Of a stretch of DNA of 20,000 bases, positions 8,129 through 15,422 are shown one piece after another; the stretch's first letter is position 1; each line of letters opens with the position of its first letter. The translations under genes were made by a program, and so were the position numbers. The DNA is taken from sequence record DRR723986_3403. One strand, 5' to 3'. The notes under the pieces are model-generated. The model was given only the letters and a program-made list of their open reading frames with translations. It had not been told where the DNA came from and made no database searches.

Positions 8129-9403
8129 CTACTCTTCTTCAATGACAATTAAAGGCTGATGAGGGATCATCTGCATCTCCCATTCAAGGGCGTCGTATGT
8201 GTAAGAGTTGAGACCATTTAGAATTTTCATTTGTTCCTTGCTGAGTATCTTCCTGGTGACCGCAGGAATCGCCGGCACGAATCGTTGATTGTTCTGAAAG
8301 TAGAATTGGAAATAGATTTGGTCTTCAGCTTTCAGATTTTCCTCCAGCGCAGCACGAAGTTTTGTTCGATCATCTTCAGTCATATAAATGTGATGATCGA
8401 AGAGGGTTGTATACATGGCCGCATGAGTCGCTTTGCGAAATTCACGGCTAGCCTCAAGCTCCTGCTCATAGGCCTCGAGCTGTGGGCCATCAAGTGATTT
8501 CTTGACTGCCTCCTCAACCTTCGCGATTAGCTTGTAGACGCGATTGGTTGGTTCCTGTCGTGGCCGAGCTGGCTGAGCCCCCATCATTCGCATGACGCCC
8601 ATCAACAGGCCATTGTTGGCCGCAGCGGCTGGCAACTCTTTGATTTGTTGGTTCATCCATTCGTCGTTTAGCTTGGCGAGCTTCTCAGACTGCTCTTCCG
8701 TCAGTTCTGCACAACGTCTGGCTAGCCCTTTTCTAACCGTCAGATGTTGCATCGCTTTGGTGAATACGGGGTCATTCACCTGGGCAGCCAGAGCAAAGCC
8801 TTCAACGACCACTGCCTCGTTGACTTCTTCGACAACGACTTCTTGAGTGGCAACCATGTCTGCATCAGCAGGCTCGTCGACAGCCTCCACGACGACAACC
8901 GTATCGGTGAAGTCGAAAAATCCGCCGCCAAGATCTTCTCCATCAACCTCCTGTTTCTCTCCTGATGTCTTCGTTTGAGCCGCCGCGTCGTCTACAGAAT
9001 GGTCTTTGTCGTTCTTTGGTGAAGCCGCTTTCTCAGCCAGGTTCTCAAATATCCCGCCATCATTTTCCTTTACAGCCCGCTTGCCCGGAACAACTTTCGG
9101 CTCGGCATTCTTTTCTTTTGGCAAGTCAAAAATACTGCCAGTTGTCTGTTTAGGCTTATCCTGCTTTGCCGCCGGTTTCTCGTCCGAAGCCTTGCCGGCT
9201 TTAGTCGCCTGTGTCTTGTTGCTAGGCGTATCCGTTGCCTTGACAGCAGACCCTTCCTTCAAGGCTGTTTCCTGGGCGACCAAATTGGCGTCGGCAGCGC
9301 AAACGATGAAGCCAACGGAGAGTGCTAGCTGAATCCAGCCGATCGCTGATCTGTCCAGCGGCGCATTGTCCAGAGGCGCAGTAGCGCGGGTGATGTTTCT
9401 CAT
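8129..9403 (-). CDS. Exported hypothetical protein: charged low-complexity N-half plus helical LTxxQ-like C-half
   Basis: SD-like GGGAG upstream of the ATG; hydrophobic signal-like segment; LTEEQ, LDGPQ and LSKEQ motifs. Confidence 0.8.
   Translation of the reverse strand: MRNITRATAPLDNAPLDRSAIGWIQLALSVGFIVCAADANLVAQETALKEGSAVKATDTPSNKTQATKAGKASDEKPAAKQDKPKQTTGSIFDLPKEKNAEPKVVPGKRAVKENDGGIFENLAEKAASPKNDKDHSVDDAAAQTKTSGEKQEVDGEDLGGGFFDFTDTVVVVEAVDEPADADMVATQEVVVEEVNEAVVVEGFALAAQVNDPVFTKAMQHLTVRKGLARRCAELTEEQSEKLAKLNDEWMNQQIKELPAAAANNGLLMGVMRMMGAQPARPRQEPTNRVYKLIAKVEEAVKKSLDGPQLEAYEQELEASREFRKATHAAMYTTLFDHHIYMTEDDRTKLRAALEENLKAEDQIYFQFYFQNNQRFVPAIPAVTRKILSKEQMKILNGLNSYTYDALEWEMQMIPHQPLIVIEEE
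9352..9381. repeat. 15-bp tandem duplication encoding APLD-N-APLD in the N-terminal region
   Basis: TGTCCAGCGGCGCAT / TGTCCAGAGGCGCAG, 13/15 identical. Confidence 0.75.
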
Positions 9404-9421
9404 CGTGGTCTCCCAAACGCA

Positions 9422-9469
9422 GACTCAAGCAACCAGCAAGATGCAGCAGCAACGCCGATTACTTGAGTC
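9422..9469 (-). other. Intercistronic 16-bp RNA stem-loop
   Basis: On the minus strand GACUCAAGUAAUCGGC pairs with GCUGGUUGCUUGAGUC (13 Watson-Crick + 3 G-U pairs). On the plus strand those three positions are A-C mismatches. Confidence 0.75.
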
Positions 9470-9487
9470 GTGGAATCGTCAACGTGT

Positions 9488-12400
9488 TTACTGCTCGGCT
9501 TCGATTTTCGAGAAGTAGGCGTCCAATCCGGCTCGGAATTCTTCGGGCAATTTGCGTCCCGTTTCGCCCGTTGACTGGCCAACGTCGCGGCTTTCACGTT
9601 TTTCATTCTGGTTCAAGCCACTGCCAAGCAGCGCAAGTGCAGAGTCCTTGGTGTCGCCACTGCCTCCACCACCTGGGCTCGTTCCTCCGCCACCGCCGCT
9701 CTTCGGATTGATACGCTTGCACTGGAGCAGCAATTCGATGGCTTCCGTTTCAGCAGCGATCGCATCGACACCAGTGTTTTCCGATGAGAGGATCCCAGTC
9801 GCCTCTGACATTACCCGGCTGACGCTAGAGAGTAGTTTGATTTCTTTGCCAAACCGCTGGCTTCCCTTCGGAAGTTCTTCGATGTTGAAGACAACTTTGT
9901 CGGTACGCTCTCGTAATGACTTTTGCGCGTCTGCTAGACGGCTCGATTCAGTCGAGTGCTCAGCGGCGTCGATGGCCGATCGGGCTTGTTCGGCAACGCG
10001 AGTGTCCTCGCGCAAGTTGACTTCGCCCTCAAGGATTCTCAACACTTCTAGGATTAGCGAAGGTGGGAGCGAATCGGAGGTCTTACAGCCTGGGCATTGT
10101 CCGCTGCATGCGGGATCCACCAAATCCTCTGCCCATCGGTCAAGGCTGTCGGACCAGAACTCAGCCTGAGCGATGCTCATTCCTTGTTCCTTAGGGATCG
10201 CTTCGCCAAGATCCGTGAGTGCGTTAATCACCCCAGATTCCTTCATGTCCTCCAGCACAACCTTGAACTGGTTCATGCGACGGCGTTCAAAGTAGGCCTG
10301 CATGTCATCCATGATGTAGGAGATCTCTTGGCTACTCTTCTCTTCGACGCTCGACAACCCGACTAGCATGGTCTTGCCGTCGTCATCGATTGAACTACGA
10401 CTCTTTCCGAAGAAGCTATCGATTCGAGTTGAGATTTTCTCAGCCACTTGGTTTTGTTCTCGTGAGGCAGCCTTCAAACGCTTTACCAACGTGGAGCCTT
10501 CCAGATTGGCGAGTAGTTGATTTAGTTCGTCGGCGACTTTCTCAAACTCGGCCAACAAGTTCTCTTGTTCAATCAGAGCTTCTTCGAACGTATCTTCTTC
10601 CTCGTCCTGCTCTTCTTCGTCATCGCCTCCGTCACTCTTTTTAGGTGGTCCGGTGAGCGTCGTGGTGACTAGCCCCTGACGAGAACCGTTGTACTTCTTC
10701 TTCGGTTTGCCGTTCTCTCCCTCTTCTTCGGGTTCAACGGGCTGCATAGAAGATTCCGAGTCGGCCACCTTCGGGATGGTCGGCTGCTCTGGAAGGTTTT
10801 TCTTTGGTTCTGAATTACCGCCTGCGCCGCCCTTGGTGTTACGGATTTGACCCGCCATCGGCGTGTTTTTGGATGGCATTTTGCTCCGAGCGATTGAGCC
10901 TTGCTTGGATGTTTTCTGCAACAGGTCAGAAACGCTGGGCATTCGTTTGGTTCCGATGTCGTTGATGATTTCAAGCATCTCCGCCCAACGGTCTAGGTGG
11001 CCGACTCCAATTTCTTCGTTCCGAGCGGCTTGCCTCAAAAGGCCTTCGCCCTGTTTGGCCAGTGCACCAAGTCGACGGCCATTGGCTTGTTCAAGAGAGG
11101 CTTGGCGACGCAGGGCATCCTGCATTTCCTTATTGGCCAGCTCTTCTTGCGGGGTCGAGCGTAGCTCTTTGTTCTTCGCGTGCAGTCGCATTTCCTGATC
11201 ACGCACTTCCAAGGCAGCACGATGCCACTTGCTCAATTGGTTCGTGATCCAAACGGCATGCTGTTCGGCCGTTAGGACGAAAAAGACGTGTGGTGCGGAG
11301 TGGACACGCTGGTGTTCCGGGTTGTAATCTTCTGCCCACAATCGAACTTCAATCGGCTGCGCCGGAATCCCAAGGGCTTCGGCACAGAAGGTCGCCGGAA
11401 GTTGCATTGAGGTCTGATTTGGTTTGCCAGAACCGATCGCTTTCTCGCCGTCGGCTCCTTCTTCCAAGACGGACTCATCGAGCGATCTCCAGCTTATTCC
11501 GACCCTTTGAACACCAAAGTCGTCAGAGACGAGGGTCTCAAAATTGAGTTGTTCTGAAATGAGAACGACCGATTGCTTTGGAAGTCCCTGCGAGACAACG
11601 CTTGGGAGTTCGTCTTCGAGAGGTTTAATCTGAAGCGAGAACGGGTCCCGACCGGAAAGGTCGTCGTAGTCTTGCCACTTAAATTCGATGTGCTCAGCAT
11701 CATCTTCAACGGCTACCGGAGGAGCAAAAAACGATTCGCCATCCACCTTGGCTTTGGCCGAATTGACCATCGCGGACTGAAGAGCTCGTGATGCGGTCGC
11801 GCGGACGGTGACCGTACTGCCTCGCACAGCGCTAACGACACCACTGCGTGCGTCTAGCTCTAGGTTCTCTGCCCATTGAAGGTACTTCGGCAGTTCGACA
11901 TCGGCGACGGCACCTACCAACTCTGGGCGGATCTTTGGTTCTACGCTAACAACCTGCGAAAAGTCACCAACACGAATTCGAAACGACATTGGGGTGGTCA
12001 GTGGCGGAAGCTCAAACTCGTAACGCGAGCCATCTAGTTCGGATACGATTGGCTCTAGATCACCAAACTGCAGCGAAGCAGAGTCTGGACGCCACTTTGT
12101 GTCCTCTTCAAGTTCCAGGCCAAAGCTAACGCTTTCACCGTGTGGAACAACCATTTGCGCCGGTTGGGGCTTGAGCATTGTGAAAGTGTAGCGAGGCGTT
12201 TCACGCCAAGGTGCCGAGAATCGCGCCCAGGCATTCTGGGCAGCATCCGGAAACAGTGCCCAAAGTGCAACTGTGGCCAGACCGCTGAGAGCGAACGTGA
12301 TGCCGAGGCTTCGCAATCGCGTTGGTGGTGCAGCCGTCTTGAAATCGCGATCCTTGGCGGAAGTCGCGACTTGCCGAATCGCGGCGGCACACAATGTTTT

Positions 12401-12820
12401 CGATCGCGCCTGTTCCGATTCATCCTCGGCAAGCTCAATCACGCTTAACAATTGGTCACCCACCGAGGGCTCGCGAACACGCAATAATCTTGCCAATTGG
12501 TCCAGGCGGCGATTCTTCCAGACCCAGCGGTGCAGTGCCCAGGGTACGACAGTCCAGATGGCAACGGCCACCAGGAATAACGTCAAACGCGCTGCAGCCG
12601 GTGTGTCAAAGAATCGGTCGGCCACATAGACAGTTAAGAAAGCGAGCAGAACAGCAACTGCGGCCAGGGCAATCGCTTCGGTAATTTTCGTGCTCCAAAC
12701 TCGCTTCCGGAATTCTCCCAATTGCGACTTCAGGCTATCCGGCACGGGGATCAGCGACCCAAACGTATCGTCGCTCTTGGACCTACTGCTTGTTTGCCTG
12801 TTTGTTGCGTCAGACGACAT
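9488..12820 (-). CDS. Large membrane-anchored protein: three N-terminal TM helices, Ig-like beta region, long C-terminal coiled coil (DUF4175-like architecture)
   Basis: 1110-aa ORF with GGGAG SD. Three hydrophobic segments lie in the first ~190 aa, followed by an SDDFGV motif, a Q/E/L-rich helical C-half, and a terminal LPEEFRAGLDAYF. Confidence 0.8.
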   Translation of the reverse strand: MSSDATNRQTSSRSKSDDTFGSLIPVPDSLKSQLGEFRKRVWSTKITEAIALAAVAVLLAFLTVYVADRFFDTPAAARLTLFLVAVAIWTVVPWALHRWVWKNRRLDQLARLLRVREPSVGDQLLSVIELAEDESEQARSKTLCAAAIRQVATSAKDRDFKTAAPPTRLRSLGITFALSGLATVALWALFPDAAQNAWARFSAPWRETPRYTFTMLKPQPAQMVVPHGESVSFGLELEEDTKWRPDSASLQFGDLEPIVSELDGSRYEFELPPLTTPMSFRIRVGDFSQVVSVEPKIRPELVGAVADVELPKYLQWAENLELDARSGVVSAVRGSTVTVRATASRALQSAMVNSAKAKVDGESFFAPPVAVEDDAEHIEFKWQDYDDLSGRDPFSLQIKPLEDELPSVVSQGLPKQSVVLISEQLNFETLVSDDFGVQRVGISWRSLDESVLEEGADGEKAIGSGKPNQTSMQLPATFCAEALGIPAQPIEVRLWAEDYNPEHQRVHSAPHVFFVLTAEQHAVWITNQLSKWHRAALEVRDQEMRLHAKNKELRSTPQEELANKEMQDALRRQASLEQANGRRLGALAKQGEGLLRQAARNEEIGVGHLDRWAEMLEIINDIGTKRMPSVSDLLQKTSKQGSIARSKMPSKNTPMAGQIRNTKGGAGGNSEPKKNLPEQPTIPKVADSESSMQPVEPEEEGENGKPKKKYNGSRQGLVTTTLTGPPKKSDGGDDEEEQDEEEDTFEEALIEQENLLAEFEKVADELNQLLANLEGSTLVKRLKAASREQNQVAEKISTRIDSFFGKSRSSIDDDGKTMLVGLSSVEEKSSQEISYIMDDMQAYFERRRMNQFKVVLEDMKESGVINALTDLGEAIPKEQGMSIAQAEFWSDSLDRWAEDLVDPACSGQCPGCKTSDSLPPSLILEVLRILEGEVNLREDTRVAEQARSAIDAAEHSTESSRLADAQKSLRERTDKVVFNIEELPKGSQRFGKEIKLLSSVSRVMSEATGILSSENTGVDAIAAETEAIELLLQCKRINPKSGGGGGTSPGGGGSGDTKDSALALLGSGLNQNEKRESRDVGQSTGETGRKLPEEFRAGLDAYFSKIEAEQ

Positions 12821-12887
12821 GTACCAGTCTCCCTATGGTGTCGGGCCACCTGTAATTGTCTGCCATGCGATGTCTGCCTGGCAGCGT

Positions 12888-12925
12888 GGTGTGCTGTACT
12901 TTGATGGGTGTGCTGTAATGTGATA
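12888..12925. repeat. 19-bp intergenic tandem repeat (2 copies)
   Basis: GGTGTGCTGTACTTTGATG / GGTGTGCTGTAATGTGATA, 16/19 identical. Confidence 0.75.
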
Positions 12926-13000
12926 GTTGCGCGGGGTGCAAAACTATCTCTGCTTTGGCCAGATGCTGGCGTTGGCAAGTGCCGGTCGCTCGGACATACG

Positions 13001-13045
13001 ACGCTTCAGGCTTATTGATTTGTGTACTCAACAAGCTGAAAACGT
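13001..13045 (-). other. Intercistronic long RNA stem-loop
   Basis: Minus strand ACGUUUUCAG-CUUGUUGA-(GUACACAAA)-UCAAUAAG-C-CUGAAGCGU: about 17 bp including two G-U pairs, plus two single-base bulges. Confidence 0.65.
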
Positions 13046-13158
13046 TGGGGCGTTTGTTCAAACGCCAATGTGTTCGTGCGGTTGCACACTCAGGATGCGG
13101 TTCTTGTCATGGTTCATCGAACCCTCTTGATGGCTGAAGATCCAGCTCAATCGGGCGG

Positions 13159-15351
13159 TTATATCATACCAATTATTTTGCGTCCCACCCAGAAAACTCC
13201 TAGCAAGAACACCAGTAGTCCGGCCGTCAGCGGGTGACTCCAAATCTGCACTCGGCGGATGGTGTTCGGTGGTTCTGGGACATCTTTGACTGCTTTGACA
13301 ATCTGGGCAACGTCGAGCTGGCGTAGAACCTGGCCACGCGTTACTCGCGACAGTTCTTCTAGCACTTCTGGGCGGGCAGGTCGGCCCACTTGCTCGAGCG
13401 TACGACCTTGGACAAAGATCGTTGCTTCCAGCTCCTTTGAAGTCTCTTTGCAGCGGACAATTACTCTGTGACTGCCTGGTTCACTTGGTGTGAAAGTGCC
13501 AGCAAAGGCGCCCCATTCCGCGCCGCTGCTGGACATTTGGACGGTCTCACTACGTCCCGAAGGGGCCACAAATCGGGCGGTTACCTGACCGCTGGAAAGA
13601 GGCTCCCCAGAATCCTCCATTACATTGGCGCTCAACGAGATCGTTTGTCGTACCTGCGGTTGCTCAGGCGAATAATAGAAGCGAATTGTCTCGCCTTCAG
13701 CCATATTTCTCTGGTACGCCATCCAGCGGACGACCTGCCCCCAAAATCGGTAGTGGTATCGATCTTCCACGCCTCGACGCCAGCGCCATGCGCCGTCGGT
13801 GCCCATAAAGAGGACTTTGCCGGCTCCGAAAGTGCGTGTGACCAACAATGGAATACGCCCGTATTCGTTCGACGATTCCTGGTGGACAGCCAGCACGTCG
13901 GTGCCCACCCGGGCTCGCGTGATTGGAGCGTGCCACTGAAAACCGGGCAGGCCTTCCCATATCTGAATGTTCTCATCGGACGAATCAGCAAGCTTGGTCA
14001 ACAAGCTGCGACGTCCCAGTTCGGTCAATGCAAAGTGGCTTGGCGTTCGCGAGCCCCAGCCGCGCGGTTGTCCAGCGTCAAATTCAACTGGAAGTAGGTC
14101 GTTCAGCGGCGACTCCATCAAGGAGAGCATGTTGCCTTGCAGGCCAGGCATAAAGACCAGGCCACTGGCTTGTTGCTCCACTAGCCCGCGAAGAAGTCGG
14201 CACTGCTCTTCGGTGAGTTGTTTTTCACCAATGCCAACATCACCGAGGAAAACAACGTCGTACACCGCCAGGTCCTCGAGTTCTTCGGGAAAGGCTGGGA
14301 TGTAGTCGCGATTCCCACCACCAACTTTGCTCAACTGTGGATGGAACAGCAGGCAACTCACTTCAACACCAGGATCCCGCGAAAGAGCATTCCTCAAGTA
14401 GCGGTATTCCCACCGTGGCATTGATTCGACAACCAAGACCTTCAGTTTTTCTTCGCGTATGGCGATTGGTGTTTCGCGGCTGTTGTTGTCAAGAATGCGT
14501 TCATCAGGGTGATTGGGAATATCAAGTGTAAGAGTAAAATCGCCTTGCCCCTCTGGTTTCCAAACGATTGCGTCGCTCGTTCGTCCCATTCCAGCAATCC
14601 GAACTTGCTTTTGCAGTTTTGTCCCGTCAGAGATTGTCAACTCAACTTGGGCAACATGGTCCCTTGGCAATGCGCTTTCGATCGTGAACGGGATGCGGAC
14701 ATTTTTCCCCGAGACACCGAATGTTGGTACGTCGAAACTGACGAGATCCAGATCCGGCAAGCGGCTCTGACTGCCAAGCGGAACACTCATGATCGGAATT
14801 TGCTCTTGCCTCAGCCGCATTGCAGTGTCCACCGGCGGAGTACCGGAATTCCAGTCGCCGTCGGATGCCAACACAACAGCACGAAGCATCGGATGCTGCT
14901 CCCTGGCGTCAGCCAAAGCCGATTCGATATCGGTTTGACCGGAATCATCGCCGCCGGAAAACGGCGTTATGACGACCTCGACGTCGTCGGACAACTCTTC
15001 CCAGGCTTCCGCCTCAAGCAGCGGTTTTAGGGCTTCTCGGCGGCTCTCGATGGTTGCCGCTGTGTCTTCTAGCCCAACATCCTGGGTATCCATACTCATC
15101 GACTGGTCGGCCAGAATCGCAACCACGGGCTTTTCGGCGGGCTTAAATTCCTGCACTGTTTCTGGCTGGTTCAGGATGAGCACCGCGCAGGCAATAATCA
15201 GCAAGCGAATCGTTTCTAAAAACACGACGCCTGGACGGAATCCGCTGCGACGACATGTCATGAAACTCAGCACAGCGCCGATCACAATGGCTGCGCACGA
15301 GATGACCAACGATAGGGTCGTCCACTGAAAGCCAAATGTTGTCTCGGACAT
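13159..15351 (-). CDS. Membrane protein with VWA domain, Ig-like domain and class-I glutamine-amidotransferase-like domain
   Basis: Two N-terminal TM helices; MIDAS ADQSMSM...QTD...ASDG; DNN motif; KVLVVESMPRWEYRYLRNAL...YDVVFLGDV...FGAGKVLFMGTDGAWRWR; C-terminal TM. Confidence 0.85.
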   Translation of the reverse strand: MSETTFGFQWTTLSLVISCAAIVIGAVLSFMTCRRSGFRPGVVFLETIRLLIIACAVLILNQPETVQEFKPAEKPVVAILADQSMSMDTQDVGLEDTAATIESRREALKPLLEAEAWEELSDDVEVVITPFSGGDDSGQTDIESALADAREQHPMLRAVVLASDGDWNSGTPPVDTAMRLRQEQIPIMSVPLGSQSRLPDLDLVSFDVPTFGVSGKNVRIPFTIESALPRDHVAQVELTISDGTKLQKQVRIAGMGRTSDAIVWKPEGQGDFTLTLDIPNHPDERILDNNSRETPIAIREEKLKVLVVESMPRWEYRYLRNALSRDPGVEVSCLLFHPQLSKVGGGNRDYIPAFPEELEDLAVYDVVFLGDVGIGEKQLTEEQCRLLRGLVEQQASGLVFMPGLQGNMLSLMESPLNDLLPVEFDAGQPRGWGSRTPSHFALTELGRRSLLTKLADSSDENIQIWEGLPGFQWHAPITRARVGTDVLAVHQESSNEYGRIPLLVTRTFGAGKVLFMGTDGAWRWRRGVEDRYHYRFWGQVVRWMAYQRNMAEGETIRFYYSPEQPQVRQTISLSANVMEDSGEPLSSGQVTARFVAPSGRSETVQMSSSGAEWGAFAGTFTPSEPGSHRVIVRCKETSKELEATIFVQGRTLEQVGRPARPEVLEELSRVTRGQVLRQLDVAQIVKAVKDVPEPPNTIRRVQIWSHPLTAGLLVFLLGVFWVGRKIIGMI

Positions 15352-15422
15352 GCTAATTCTCGCTGAACTGAGTGCTTGTGAAGCTGCTTATCTAGGTGTC
15401 ACAAAAAATGCTGTTGCAGAAC

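Noticed and set aside
12857-12925. Possible mini-CRISPR array
   Set aside because: Only two adjacent copies with no unique spacers, units too short, and no cas genes in the window.
12751-13243. Several 60-83 aa ORFs across the 12821-13158 gap
   Set aside because: They overlap each other and the flanking genes, lack convincing starts and show no protein-like pattern.
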